DNA from: the human T2T-CHM13v2.0 reference genome, Homo sapiens
Assembly (NCBI RefSeq): GCF_009914755.1
Contig: NC_060930.1
Length of the DNA: 64,000 nt
Direction: 5' to 3' (one strand)
Made by a program: the position numbers and the translations under genes. Under the pieces are notes generated by a model. It saw only the letters and a list, made by a program, of their open reading frames with translations. It was not told the DNA's origin and ran no database searches. Position 1 is the first letter of the stretch. Each line of letters starts with the position of its first letter. This document shows, in pieces, positions 27,488 through 42,653 of the stretch.

Positions 27488-28379
27488 TCACAAGAAAGAA
27501 ACATAAAAGGAGTCTGAAAATTAGTAATTTCCTTAAAAGACATAGAAAGAATCACTAAGCAGTAGTCTAAGAGAGAGTCCTTAGGAAAGTTTTAACATAG
27601 AACAGAAAGTTCTTACTTGAAATATTAAGTACGAAAACAATTTGACTTTAGTTTATATACAGTGGTGCTAATTATTTAGACAAGAAAAAAATTAGGTGAT
27701 TTTCTTAAAACTAAATATTATTGTATCTTGAATTTTCTGAAATACCAAAGCTAAGCTTTAGTAGAACAGACTGAGTAGGATAGGGAGGTGGGGTGATCGT
27801 ATTTTTTTTACAGATGAATCCTATCACTTCTGTCGTCACTCTAATATTAGGCAGTGATGAAAAATTGCCTCTTTCAGCTCTGTGAATCAACAGTTCTCAA
27901 CCTTTTAGAATGCAGTATCTTATTCCAACTTGCCTTTACAACTACCATTCCACTAAAAGTCATCCATGATATAATTACATACATATTAACACATATTAGC
28001 TAAAAATACATAATTTTACTAAAACTATAGACACATAAGGATTGGGTGGATTTCACTGAATTTTCTAAGGTAACCATGTTAGAACCTAAGCAAAAGTTCT
28101 CAGGACTTTCTAATGTGGATCATAGAAACTTTAAGCACAGAGGGCTCACGATTCCCTCTGAAATCCATAAAGCCTGATAATCCAAATAGCATTACCAAAA
28201 GTCTTTATATAAAGTGTTAATTTTAGCTGAACATACCTGTTATTTGCCACTAAGCTTATCTTTGAAACATCTCTAATATTTAAAAAAACAGTAACATCTT
28301 TTGGGTTGTGTCACAATTATATGACCAGGATTCCCCCACTTAATTCAATAGTTGGTCTTAATAAACCATATGCAGTAAG

Positions 28380-28840
28380 CTGAAAAAATAGTCACACATG
28401 CTTCCTCTCCCTGTATCCATCATCCTCCTCGTCATGTAAGTTTCAATGCCTTCAAACTTGACGCTCAGCTTGGTCATGTGACATATTTTAACCAATGGGA
28501 TGCTAGCAAACACGATGCAGGCAGAGACTTCAGAAGTACTTTTGTATTGGGACGTCCCTTCTTGCTATTATTAGGACCCCTGCCACCAGCACTACTATGT
28601 GAAGAAGCCCAACTAGCCTAAGGGATATGAAAGACATGTGGTCAGCCCTGCCACCCAAACTTAGAGCTAACCAACCCCTGGAAGCAGAGCTGACAGGTGC
28701 CAGCTGAAACCAGAAGAATCACCCAGCATGCATCTCAGTCCAAACTGCTGATGTAAAGAATTGTGAGCTAAATAAATGGCTGTTGTTTAAAACTACTACA
28801 TTTTGGGGTAGTTTCTTATTCAATAAAAGCTAAATGACAT
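28380..28840 (+). mobile_element. MLT1G/H-like MaLR LTR
   Basis: GGTCATGTGACATATTTTAACCAATGGGATG...GAATTGTGAGCTAAATAAATGGCTGTTGTTTAA...TTTTGGGGTAGTTTCTTA. Confidence 0.8.
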
Positions 28841-30508
28841 GCCTTGTGAATCCAAATAATAGCCTATCATTCCCCTAGTCCCTTGACTTTAATTCCTAGG
28901 ATCCCTTGTTTAAATTGGTCATTTATAGAGCTTACATTTTTTCTAAGTACAGGAGGATTATGGGATGGCAATCCGGAAATCAATTCCAAAATTTAAGAGA
29001 TTGTCTCATAAAATGGGAGCATGGGAATGTAATTAGTTTTCACCAGCTGGGTTTTACTAGTTTTCTGCTGTCCTAGCTCTATAATGTATTTCAAATGGCT
29101 GCAATACAGGCACCAAAGTCCAGCATCTCTTACTTCCAAAGTTACTTGAAATCTAGTGAAACAATGAAAGATTTCCAAACAGAACAAGAAGTGTTCTTTG
29201 GTTTTTTAAATACACCAAACATGCAGCATGCTATAGCCACAAAAAGAGTATTCAAATCTCAATCCATTTCAACAGAAATATGTTGGACAGTTATTTGGGT
29301 TAATCATGAACTCAAGTCCCCAAATATCTCTAGTTCTTGCATAAGAGATTCCAAAATTGAACCAAGTAGGAACCACAAAACTAAGTGTAACACATGCAAA
29401 ATAAATCATTCATTTTTGTCATTGATGAAAAGTATATTTTAATGCTATTACAGTATAATTATTATGGCATTTATTTTTTGTCTCCTATCAAATGATATAA
29501 TATTTTTGAATTTTGCATATTTGGTCAGTTTTGCTTAGCTTTAAGGACATTTAAATACATTTCTCCAAAAATTTCAAACAGGTGAAATCCACCTTTATAT
29601 CAAAACTTATACTGAAATATTTTTCTCATCAGCCAATGAGGATGCAAAAACTGACAACCTAAGTAGAGATTAATCTCAAACAAATAATGCTAGAGAAAAT
29701 CCTTGTAGCATTTTCAGAATTAAATCTTTTGCCATTTTTATGCTTGGAGGAAACTGAAAGATAAAAGAGCTTTGGTAGTCTCAGTGGAGTCTTAGGTGAG
29801 ATACTGGACATATTCTCTGAAGAATGCATTTCCACCAGAGCTTCAGAAACTGCTCGTGTAATGCCAAAATGATCTCAAGTAAGAAAAGCCACCTTTAAAA
29901 TGCACATGTCTGGTAGACAGGCCAGTTAGATGTGGTAGATTTCTGACTATAAGCCAGCTATTTATTTGGATTTTGTGAAACCTAGAAGTTTCATAAAATA
30001 ACAACAGAATTCACATTCTCAAGATGAACAGACCAGACTAGAAGACCCTTAACTTTGTAGCTGTAACTCATATTTAGCTAGTTTATTTGGTCCATAAAGA
30101 GAAACCAGGAACAGTTGACTGGCACCACAAATAAACCCATGCAATATATTAGATCTGACCCCTAGAGATATTTTCCTATGTGCCCTTAGTCACTAAGCTT
30201 TGACACTCTTAATCAATGGAACCATATGTCATCTGGGTTTTTTGCGTATGAAAAGTACCCAGGAACAAACAGGAGAAACAATGTTGTTTCTAGGAGCAAG
30301 TGAGAGATTATTGATCATGATACATAAGAGTTCACTCAGCTGCTTTTCTGTAGATGAGTGAGTGGGAGAAAAGTAAAACAGGTTGGTGAAACAGAGCTCA
30401 CATAAAGAAGTGGATATCCTCCACTCTTTTGGCATACCCAGCTTATGACTATAAATTTGTGCCACAGAGCTTTCCACCCCGCAACCATACAAAACCATCT
30501 GTACTCAC

Positions 30509-30550
30509 CTGGTAACTGCTCAGAATAACTTAATTCTCCTGGTTTTAAAG
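30509..30550 (-). other. Candidate 42-nt symmetric exon (xLKPGELSYSEQLP)
   Basis: GTTTTCTTTTTGTGTTTCACATTACATTAG|exon|CAG/GTGAGT consensus donor; open only in phase 1. Confidence 0.4.
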
Positions 30551-30769
30551 CTAATGTAATGTGAAACACAAAAAGAAAACAGGGACTTGAAAGAAATTGC
30601 AGTGAGGCGGAATTTTTGCCAATCCTGGACTTGGCATTCTAGCAAGCTTATTCTAATGAGACAAAAATCCTATCTACAGAACATTTTCCAGGATAATTTT
30701 TAATATGCCATTATTTTTAATAATGATAGCTTATAACTTCATTAACTAAAGAAACCTAAATTTTATCTG

Positions 30770-31060
30770 CTCATGGAGGGAGGCGATTGGACCATTGGGG
30801 CAGTTTCCCCAGTGCTGTTCTCATGATAGTGAGTTTTCATGAGATCTGGTGATTTTATAAGTGTTTGGAAGTTTCTCCTTTGCACTTTCTGTCTCCTGTT
30901 GCCATGTGAAGAAGGTGCCTGCTTCCCTTTCTGCCATGATTGCAAGTTTCCTGAGACTTCCCTAGCCATGCAGAACTGTGAGTCAATTAAATCTCTTTCC
31001 TTTATGAATTACTCAGTCTCAGGGAAGTTCTTTATAACAATGTGAAAATGGACTAATACA
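30770..31060 (+). mobile_element. THE1 (C/D-like) MaLR LTR, 5'-truncated
   Basis: TGCTGTTCTCATGATAGTGAG...GAACTGTGAGTCAATTAAA...GGACTAATACA. Confidence 0.9.
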
Positions 31061-31344
31061 GAATTGCATTAAATTCATTTATTAGTTTTGTGAGAATTGA
31101 CATTTTATAATATTGTCCTTCAATTCAATAAGAAAATATTAATTTCCATTTGTTTGCATCTTAACTCCCTAATCTCTAAACTCTGCCAATAAAATAAAAC
31201 TTTTAAAATATTTTTAAAGGTTTTTCCTTTCTCTCCCCCTCCTCTATGACATCCCCAACTCTAGGTGATATCTTGAAAAAAATGAATTTTTCTAAAATAT
31301 TAAAGTATTTTTTAATTTTTAGAGCATTATCAGCACTCTTACCA

Positions 31345-32730
31345 AAATCATTTAGTCACTTACCAAACATTTACTGAGAGTCTACCACATGCTCTGCATA
31401 GTTTGAGGCATGAGGGAAAAATCTCTGCTTTTATAGAGTTTATGTTCTAGTATGGGGAGACAGATGCTAGACAAAATGAATGAGTAAATTACATACTATG
31501 TTAGAAAGTGATAAATGGAATAGAGAAAACCAAAGCATAGAAATAGGATGGAATGCTACAGCCTTGAGCATTGACTGAAGTGTGCATTAAAATGTTAAAT
31601 AGCGTAATCTTGGAAGGCCTGAAGGAGAATGTAGTGTTAGAGAAAAGACTTGAAAGAGATAATGGAGAGAGCCATATAGATGGCTAACGAAGAGCAATCC
31701 AGGCAGAGGAACAACAAGTAAGAAGGCACTGAGGTGGGATCATGCCCAACCTATTCAGAAACAAGAAGTGTGAAGTGTGATTGACATGGAATAGAGAGGC
31801 AGCATCAGGGGATGTCAGAACAGTTATAATAGTGAGAGATGAGGTTTTAGGGATTATGGGAATCAGATCAAATAGGGCCTTGCTGCATAATATAAGGACT
31901 TCAATTTCACTCTAAGGGAAATGGGGAAGCCATTGGACAGTTCTTAGAAAGAGAACCATGATCTGACTTAATGTTTAACAGAATGATCAGTCTGATTGCT
32001 GTGTTAAGAGTACAGTGTAGGGAGACAAGATGAGTTAGGAAGCTATTGCAATAATCTAGACAAGAGATAATAGTCATATGGTCCAGGGGACTAGTGGTGA
32101 AAAGTGGTCAATAAAGAACATATTTTTCAGGACAGTAGAGCCAATGAGGTTTAGTGAGGGATTAGATGTGGGGTGTGTGAAGAAAAGAGAGGTCAAGAAT
32201 AACCCTAAGGATTTTTGCCTGAACAACTAGAAGGACTGAATTCCATTAACTGAAACAGAGAAAACCATGAGAGGAACAAGATCAGAGAGGGGGCAGTTTG
32301 ATTTTAGACTTCTACTAGACTTACAAATAGCTATGCTGAGATGATGTTTGGTTATATACCTGATTGGTATTGAGAAGGGAGGTCCAGACTAGAGAGATAA
32401 ATTTAGGTGTTGTTAGAATATGATTGATATTTGGAAGTATATAACTGTGTAAAATTGTCAATGAAGTGAGTAAAAATAACAAAGCTTTTACCCTGGGAAA
32501 TACCAAACTTAAAAGATTGGGAAGACAAGAGCAGCCAGCAAAACAAAATGGAGAAAAAGTGGCTAGTGGGGTTCCGGAAGCCAAATGAAGAAAGTGTTTC
32601 CAGGATGAAGGAATGATCAGCTCTGCCAAATGCTGCTGATAAGATGATGAAAACTTAGAATTGACCAGGGGATTAGCAACATAAAGGTCACTGGTGACCT
32701 CAACAAGAGAAGCTTTGGTGATGTGAATGG
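31345..32730 (-). mobile_element. L2, long fragment
   Basis: CAAACATTTACTGAGAGTCTACC start and continuous L2 antisense sequence to AGGTCACTGGTGACCTCAACAAGAG. Confidence 0.85.
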
Positions 32731-33678
32731 TACAAGAGAAGGTTTAAAACTATAAATAGCCCAGACTTGTGGGCAGCATCTGAAAAAGGAAGTGATATGT
32801 TTATTAAAGTTGGACCTATATTTACACTTGCATTATTAACTATAATTTTAGTTCTTTGTATCCATTTTTAAATGGTCAATTAGCAAGTAATAAAATACAT
32901 CTTCATCTCATATTAAACACTCATTTTTTCTCACTAGGTGGTTATTGTATAAGTAGTTACGAATTTCATATTCTAACACTTTCTAGCAACCTCATTGAAT
33001 TAACATGCTAACAGAATGTCAGGAGCCAGGAAGGCCCATGGTCTTCCTTAAACTAATAAACGATTATATTTTACAATGGTACCTCCAAGCTCTCAACTGA
33101 TAACTGTGCCAAATGGTAAAGTGAAAAAACACAAATTCTAGTCCAGAGCCCTATCTCCAACTTAAATAATGTTTGCAAGTTTCTAGTTAGGCAGTGAGAC
33201 AGAAAAAATGTGTCATGTATGACAGACAGCACTAATATATAATATTTTTATCAAAGAACTATCAGCCCCTTAAAACCCAGTTTTCAAAATTGATCTACAT
33301 ATAAAAAAGAGCAGTAGCAGGGAAATAATACAATCCAAATATTCCAGGTTTGGTAGAAAGTGTCTTCATGTCAGATTGCATACTAGATAGAGATCAAACA
33401 CAAAAGAAGAAGAAGCAGAAGAAAATATTGTAAGAGATAATGTTTATAGTTTCACTCTAGTGGGTTTTGTGAATAAAGATACAATTGAGAATTCCCTTGA
33501 AAAGTTTCATGCCTCAAGCCATTATGAAAGGTATACAATACTTTTTTTCAAAAAGTGGAATTAAACTAAATTTCTCAAAGTTGCACCCATCTTGCCTCAT
33601 GCATAGTTCCTTGATTACAGATTTAACCCCAAAATTCAGGTAAACATTCTCACCCACATAGTTTAAAAAGCACATCAG

Positions 33679-33975
33679 GGCCAGGTGCAGTGGCTCACAC
33701 CTGCAATCCCAGCACTTTAGGAGGCCAAGACAAGCAGGATTACTTGAGGCCAGGAGTTTGAGATCAGCCTGGACAACATAGTGAGACCCCATCTCTAAAA
33801 AAAAAAAATTAAAAAATTAGCTGGGCATTGTGGTGCATGCCTTAGTCCTAACTACTCAGGAGGCTGAGGCAGAAGGATCTTTTAAGCCCAGGAGTTTGAG
33901 GTTAGTGAGCTATGATCATACCTCTGCACTGCAGCCTGGGTGACAGAGTAAGACTCTATCTCCAAAATAAAAAAT
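33679..33975 (+). mobile_element. AluJ
   Basis: Dimeric Alu with J-type CCCAGGAGTTTGAG in the right arm. Confidence 0.95.
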
Positions 33976-35496
33976 TGCAAAATAAAATCTAACATGCAAC
34001 ACATTAGCTAGAAACTCACATACTAAATGGAATGTGATGAGAGAAAATTCTAATGACGAAGGTGCAGAATACAATCAAGGTGCTACTTTAATCCTTAAGG
34101 AAACGGAGTGTGATAAATGAGGGTAAAAAGAAGTTTATCGTTTATAAAGCTGTGAATTATTTGTTGTAAACCAAATAATTAAAAACATACACTACTGTTA
34201 TACAGGCATTGAATGTCCTTGAATCTTCGGAGAATGATTATTTGACATTAAAAACAACAAGAGAAACTACTGATATGTTATTCTGCTCAGTTTTTCAGCT
34301 AACAGACAGATATTGTTAAAAAATCTCTCAAACACTCATAATAATAATAATAAGTTTAACACACACATACAATATACCCACTCTGAAAGTATGGAAAGAT
34401 TATAAAATGTCAATAAATGGCTTTTATTTTTCCTTTTCTACTTATCTTTATTCCTAATTTTTCTACAATGAAACTGAATTACTTGTATAATTTTTGAGAG
34501 TTAAGTTTGTTGAAATATTTATGCATAGAAGAAGAACAGTTGCTAGCCAAACTTGTGGTACCTGAACTAAAAAAATTAATTAAAAAGTACTTCACCCAAT
34601 CTTCACGTTATATATGAAAAAACTGAGGTGGAGAAAGATTATGTCATTTTTGCTAATAATGGGCTGAATGCATATATTATGTAACTCAGTAGTTCTCGAT
34701 CCTGGCTCATTTAAAGGATAAAAACAAAAACAGACCTGACTGGACCCTATCCCAGAATTAGAATTGAATTAGAATTGGGGTTACTATTTACCAGAAGCTC
34801 CAAGTTCCCCACACTGTCGCCAAAGAATCTAAGAAAAATGGGGAGAGGGGACATCATTACATCAAAATAAATATGATGGCAACTTTAACAAACATCTCTG
34901 TAAGAATTTCCATTTCCTAAACATGTGTATCCATTAAATGTGTGATCCAGCTCATTCCAAAACAAAGTTTGGCAATAGGAATGCTGTATCTATCTCTTAT
35001 ACTAAGGTTGTAATTGCTGCTTCTTTGCATCTTTTAGATAAATTTAGGTTTCAGACTCTGCAAAGGATTATAAGAGTAATATTTATTGAATGCTTACTAG
35101 GTGCCATGCATTGTTCTACATGTGTTACTCACTTAATTATCTCAATCCAATATAGTAAAACAGAATAATGTGCTCCATCTCACAGGCTAATGAGAAAAGG
35201 GAAAATATAAATGTAATAAATAAATGATTAAATTTATAACAAGGTAAGTTACGTGGTATCTCATTGGCACTGTTAAATGAAGGGTTCAGAGTGTTTGAAT
35301 AGAGAATAAAAGTGGTAGAATTTAAGTATCATAAAGCACATTGAACATGCTGACAAAAACAACAACATTGTGACAGTCAGAATCATATTCACTCTGCTAG
35401 CCAACATACTGCTTATATACACCAGCTGAGATAGATCATTAGGATAAATGTGACACCTATTACCTACCTGTTTTTTGGTTGAAAGAAACTTTTTAA

Positions 35497-35770
35497 GCTG
35501 GGCGTGGTGGCTCATGCTTGTAATCTCAGCACTTTGGGAGGCTGAGGAGGGTGGATTGCTTGAGCCCAAAAGTTCGAGACCAGCCTGGGCAAAATGGTGA
35601 GACCCCCGTCTCTACCAAAACTACACAAAAATTAGCCAGGCATGGTAGCATGCACCTGCAGTCTCAGCTACTAGGGAGGCTGAGGTGGGAGGATGGCTTG
35701 AGCCCAGGAGGCAGAGGTTGCAACGAACCAAAATCATGCCACTGCATCCCAGTCTAGGAGACAGAGAAAC
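35497..35770 (+). mobile_element. AluJ-like element lacking its poly-A tail
   Basis: Alu body ends at GACAGAG and runs directly into the TSD-like AGAAACGTTTTAA. Confidence 0.93.
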
Positions 35771-37244
35771 GTTTTAAATCTTCAATATTGAAATATACCT
35801 TTATAAGTCCATTTAATAGATTACTGGTTTAATAGAAATTTATTTTTAAAGGCAAGATAATATCAATAATAATAAGGACTCAGATGATGGTCCACTATGT
35901 TCAAGATCAAAAGAATCAGATCTTCAAATGACATATAAAGCCCAAACATTTTTTATATTTTTGTATTAAATTCAGTATTATAAATTTTTAGCAAAATATT
36001 ATGTCACATTAGTCTTAACCTTGGTTTTATAGATGTAAATATTTAAATATTATAAATAATGTAGGCCAATACAAAGGGCCCTAGAAATTTGCCCTTAAAA
36101 GAGGTCCATATTTTACTCCAGTCTGAGAAACACTGGATAATGTCTAGAATGTTTTCCAGCTGTACATTTTTATGTCTCTGATCTTTTTTTCATCACCATG
36201 TGCCCCATTGCCAGCCAGGCATCTTTCACAAGCATATGAATGGTGATCATAGGCAAAAAATGAGAATGCTGTTCAATCACGGAAAAGCTGTCATCACAAC
36301 TGAGATGCTAACACAGAGCAATTGATGCTGAGACACTCAGGTCATTTTCAGATAGAAAAGACAGCATGCATATATTGTGTGAAATCTAATTCATCTACTT
36401 CATGCACAATGTATTATCCTAAAAGAACTATTTTATAAATAAAAATGAACAAAGTGAGTTTTCCTAAAATGGACTGAATGGAAAGTTAATGAATGCTATC
36501 TGTTCATGATACCAGGCTGCTTATCAAAGACCCACCATTGGAAAGAAATGTCCAGATCTATCTTATCTAAAATTTTCAGTAAGCCCAAGAAAAGTAGCAG
36601 GCAGCCTTCTGGCCTTGCTGGACATGATTGTTCATGCTGGTTCTATTTTCTTGGTATTTCGAGCTATTTTCATAGCTAGCAGTCAGTCTTAATGTAATTC
36701 ACATTTCCAATGCTTCTAGCCTTGATCTCTTTGAAGGTCTTTGAAGACAGTTGGAATTTTTACTCTGAGATATCAGAATATTGCATATGTTTCAATATAT
36801 AACTATCTTTTGAGTTTTTTAATTTATGATTCCTATTAATGCCAATACATTTATCAAGGTTTTACCAGTTTAAAAAAACTTGCATCAATTCTTCTGTTTA
36901 GGTGAAGTGAAAACATTGTGCAGAGAAAACTGCAGTTACTACCAACTGCAAGCTGGGGTGAATCAGCTTGTTTACAACTTCTAAATTTTTTAAACCAAAA
37001 GAAGCGACAGAACAAAAGTTTCGTGAACTTCTGGGGTTGGGTTTGTCAGTCTGGCTGTATGCTGAGGGTAAGAAGCACTAAACACAAAAACAAAATGAAA
37101 AGGAACTATTTTAGTTTTAGTTTCCTCTTCAGCAAAATGGGGTTTTCTATTTCCTCCACAGGGATTTTCAGAGAATTATAATGCATGGCATAGATGAAAC
37201 ACCTGCCACAAACTACGCACTCAATGTAAGTTTTTCTCTATTTT

Positions 37245-37601
<357 letters not shown>

Positions 37602-37879
37602 TAACCCAGTACCTGGCTCTGAGTAGTTTTCAAATAAAATTTAATTCCCATACCCTTGTACTCAGGGTATAGGAATCATCCTTTTGAATTTTAGCACATG
37701 GCACTCAGTAGATTCAAAAGCGAGGTAGGGCATTTCCAACCCTCCCTGAACCCCCTACTGCTGCCCCTGGCCCACTCGGTGCAAGTTAGACTCATACTGT
37801 CCAGAAACAGTGGTTCCCCTTAAAGTCCTTGAAGACTTTGTCTCTTCCCCTCTGCCCATTCTCCTCCCTGCATAATGAT

Positions 37880-38135
37880 TAATACAATTAACATTTGCAT
37901 TACCTTTTACAACTATAAAAGTGTATTCACCTACATCATTGCATTTAATTCTTATAATATCTTCACTATTTTTATCTCCAGTTCATGGATGAGAAAACTA
38001 AGGCTCAAAGAAATTAATGACTTAATAACAATAATAACAATAGTAGGTAACATTTATTTTATACTCACTTTGCTCCAGGGACTGTTCTAAGTACTTTACA
38101 TACATTATTACACATTTAATCCTCAAAACAAGTCT
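37880..38135 (-). mobile_element. MIR fragments
   Basis: GATGAGAAAACTAAGGCTCAAAGAAATTAA; GGACTGTTCTAAGTACTTTACA...TTTAATCCTCAAAACAA. Confidence 0.75.
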
Positions 38136-38973
38136 AGTAGTGTGGTTCTCAAGATGTTGCATCCTGCCCTCTCACAGAGACAGCCTGTGAAATCCTTGGT
38201 ATGATGAATACGATGATTTTCTTATTGAAGTAATTTTAAAAAGAGAGAATAACCTTGTTTCATGAATGAACACTGCCCTAGCCCCTTCCCCTGGTCCCTG
38301 TCTCATCTCCTCAAAATTCAATAACTGAAGAATTAACATCTGGCACAGTAAGAGACCTCTGGGAGACACCCCTGACGGGCTGGTGTCTGTGCCCTTGCCA
38401 TGTTCAATATGTTTTCTACTAACTCTGACTAAAAAGACTCACTGAATAGGCCCCAGACTGATGTTCACTAGTGTCCTTTACTTAAAATGTGTCTTTTGGG
38501 TTTATCTCAGCAAAATTTAACTTATATGTGGTTTACATGCAGTGTGTTTGTATTTGCCCAACCTCCTTGGGATTGCATCAGGAACATACTAGGTGGCTAT
38601 AAATGGCAGAACCCAGCAGTCCATGTTTGGCACCTTTACTTTTGGCAGAGTACCATACTGTCTTCCTCAGTCATCATGGCCATCTAGAAGAGAATCAATA
38701 CTCAAATCCTAACCCTGTCCTCCTCCCAATATCCCAGGGGTTTCCAAACCTGGCTCATTAAATATATAATTGCCCAAACCCTACTCCACTAGGGGAAGAA
38801 ATTAAGACTACCTAAATTTGGAATCCCAGAAATGTATCTTCAAGTATCATGATGACAGGGTGACATAGAAAACAAAGAGGCATTTAAACTCCCTAAGCCC
38901 AAGCACAACAGCTTCTAAAACCCAGGCAAAACAATTAGTTCTGCCTCTAGTTAGACTGAATGTAAAAGAGAAA

Positions 38974-39357
38974 TGTCTTAGTCTGTTTTGTGCCGCTGCA
39001 ACATAATACCACAGACTGGGTAATTTATAATAAACAGAAATGTATTGGCTTATGGTTCTGGAGTCTGGGAAGTCCAAGGTCAAGGAGCTGCATCTGGCAA
39101 GGGTGTTCTTGCTGTGTCACCCATTGCAGAAGGGCAAAAAAGGACAAGACTGAGAAAGAGAAAACGGGGCCAAACTCATCTTTTTATAAGGATCCCACTC
39201 CTATAATAATAAACCCACTTCCACAAAAATGGCATTATCCCCTCCAGAGCCCTCATGGCCTAATCACCTCCCATTAGGCTCCACCTCCCAACACTGCTGC
39301 ATAGGAAATTAAGTTTCCAATACTTGCTTTTGGGGAGACACATTCAAACCATAGGAA
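38974..39357 (-). mobile_element. MST (MSTC/D-like) MaLR LTR
   Basis: TGTCTTAGTCTGTTTTG...ATACCACAGACTGGGTAATTTATAA...CATTCAAACCATAG. Confidence 0.88.
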
Positions 39358-39469
39358 CGGATGATTATACTTTTTGGTTAGAAATTCTGCCACATAATGT
39401 TTTAGAAACATTTGCAGAATGAGAAACATTCTAAATGATTTATGGGGCAAAGTTGTCATCTCATCAAGC

Positions 39470-39950
39470 ACACATTCCTGTCTCAGAGTTTTTGTTTTTA
39501 CTGTTCTCTCTACATGGAATATTTTTCTCCATACAGGTGTTCATTTTCTTCATGTCTTTTCTCAAACATCATATTGCCAGTCCCTGTGTAAAACACAAAT
39601 CTATTCCTATACCCTCCCGTGACCCTCTCTCCTGCTTGTTTTTCTCCATAGCCCTCATCTCCATCTGCCACAGTATATATTTACTTGTTTTTCACAAAAT
39701 GCATATACAAATTATATAAATAAATTATATATCATATATATGCAATAAATTACATATAATAAATATATAATATAATTAGTATGTATTATATATATACTAA
39801 ATATATAACTAACATACATGCTAACTAAAATATAAGGTATAATAGGGCAGGAAATTTGTATGCTTTGTTCATTGCTGAAATCCCAGTCCCTAGAAAAGTG
39901 TCTGGTACACAGTATGTATCAGTAAATATATGTTAAATATTCTCTATTGA
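39470..39950 (+). mobile_element. L2 3' fragment with an internal AT-rich tract (about 39700-39830)
   Basis: AGGGCAGGAAATTTG...CCCAGTCCCTAGAAAAGTGTCTGGTACACAGTA. Confidence 0.7.
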
Positions 39951-40390
39951 ACAAGAAAACACCAGTAGAGAAACTAGCTTTGTTTATGACAACTCTAGAA
40001 TTCAGACACAAAAATTCAGAAGATGAGAATGAATCTTGCATGTGGAGCAAGAAGGAAAGATGAGTGGCACCCTGGATATGCACTGGGAATCTAAAGGTGA
40101 ATTCATGTTGAGAAATTTGGTCTGAGACAAGTGCTGATACAGGGAAGGAATGAGCATGCTCAGAAACAGGAAATGAAGTCAGCAGAGGCAACAGGTCCCA
40201 TTGAGAAGTTCTCTCAATGGATGTAGTTTCTTATGATGCTCTGTGTGCAAGGAGAAGGAAGAATTGAGGTAAAGCCCTTAAAAAGCAAAGAGAAATAGAG
40301 AAAAAAACAGGAAGCCAAAGATCTTTCTCTGTAGTCTAGGTTATCACTTACAAACTTCTATTGCTGACTGATTAAGAAATGAAAGGAATT

Positions 40391-40985
<595 letters not shown>

Positions 40986-42064
40986 CCAGCCAGGAATTTT
41001 TATATAAAAGGATCGGGGGTAGTTCAAAGTATCATAGGAGGGCTGGAGAATCAGGTTCCAAGTTAAGTGTTCAGAAATAACACCCTAAACTTCTCTAACA
41101 AAGAGGCAGGATTTGGAAAATACTAGAACCATGTCTCCAAAAGCCAATGGGAATATGCATTTTTTAACACAGACCCAGGATGTATTTTTTGACCCAGAAG
41201 GTCAAGACTTGGTTAATCTTCACTAACAAGGATGGTTGTTCAGGTAGCTAATCATGCCTGAGTACAGCACAGGAAGCCTGGTTTAGGGACTGAGCTACTG
41301 GACAGGAATCATGGCTGCTAATTGGTAAGGGAAAGCAGGGAAAGTGGAAAACAGAAAGGAATGGCTGACATGGGGCACAGGGCCTGTAGTCCTACATGAG
41401 GCTTGTATTGTCTTAAATTAGATTCAAAACTCACAAGAACCCCTGCTGCTTAAAAGAGAAGGGAAGGAAAAGACACAGGAACAGGAGGAGTTCCTGCGTC
41501 TCTTACCAGGAGGTAAGGAGGCTATGTTTTCCATGGGATTGGTCCCAAAAGGGTCCCGACAAGAATGTTTCCAGGCATGCCAGCATCCTCCTTCCTATCA
41601 CACAGCAGAGGGGCTGATGGGTTCAGGCCATAATTACAAGTTTCCAGAAGGGACTAAGAATGGATACTAGAACTGAAAATGGCAATTCAGAACAGAATAA
41701 TACATCACATACTCCAAACATAGCTAAGAATGAGGAAATAAACAAAACTGACTGAAAAGCCAATATAGATCATCTGTCACAGTCTACTACAGTTTATGTA
41801 CTTGCTCGGAGAAGAAACTCAGGTTCTTTGCTGTGTCCACTTAGCTTTTTTATGCGAAACTCTACCTAGTGTAAAACCTACATTCCAAGACCTCAACAGG
41901 TTAGAAGCAGGAGAAAGGCCAACACAAAACTTCACAAGGAATAGCAGACAGCAGTTTGATATCATGGGATGAAACAGACCATCAAAAATTGAAAGCCTAG
42001 TACACACTCAATAGCTTCTGTGACATCATTAAATCTGAATAAATTATTATGAAAGAATTTCTCT

Positions 42065-42370
42065 ATTTATTCACTCATTTATATATTTATGAATAATTAT
42101 TCAATATCTAGGATGTGTAAGGAAATAGGCTGGTTGTTGAGATACAACTGTGAATAAGACAAAGTTCCTGTTCATAAGAAAGGCTTAATCTAAATGAGGT
42201 TACAGATTATTTTAATACAATACACTTGGTTACTATAGAATGATAGAGTAAGACAGAGAATGCTATAGTGCCACAGAGAAAGGGAATAAAACCCACTAGA
42301 GGAAGCTCAGGAGAGGCTTTTAGAGAAACTAGGATCCACACCAGAGCCTGAGGGATAATTAGGAATTAGC
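42065..42370 (-). mobile_element. L2 fragment
   Basis: TTTATTCACTCATTT...GATACAACTGTGAATAAGACAAAGTTCCTG. Confidence 0.7.
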
Positions 42371-42653
42371 AGGTGGGGAGGGAGGAGGCGGGGGAGGCCA
42401 GGGAGGTGGGGGGAGGGGGGAGGCTGGAGGAGGCAGGGGGGAGGTGGGGAGGCAGGGGGAGGGGCAGTCAGGGGGAGGGGGAGGCAGGGTGAGAGGGAGG
42501 TGGGGGAGGTGGGGGAGGGGGAGGCGGGGGGAGGGGGAGGGGAGGCGGGGGAGGTGGGGGAGGCAGGGAGGAGGGAGGCTGGGGGGAGGCGGGGAGGAGG
42601 GGAGGCGGGGAGGAGGGGAGGAGGGTAGGTGGGGGGAGGGGAGGCGGGGGAGG
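42371..42653 (+). repeat. G-rich minisatellite of GGGGGAGG(N)-type units
   Basis: About 280 bp with dozens of runs of 3-6 G. Confidence 0.95.
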
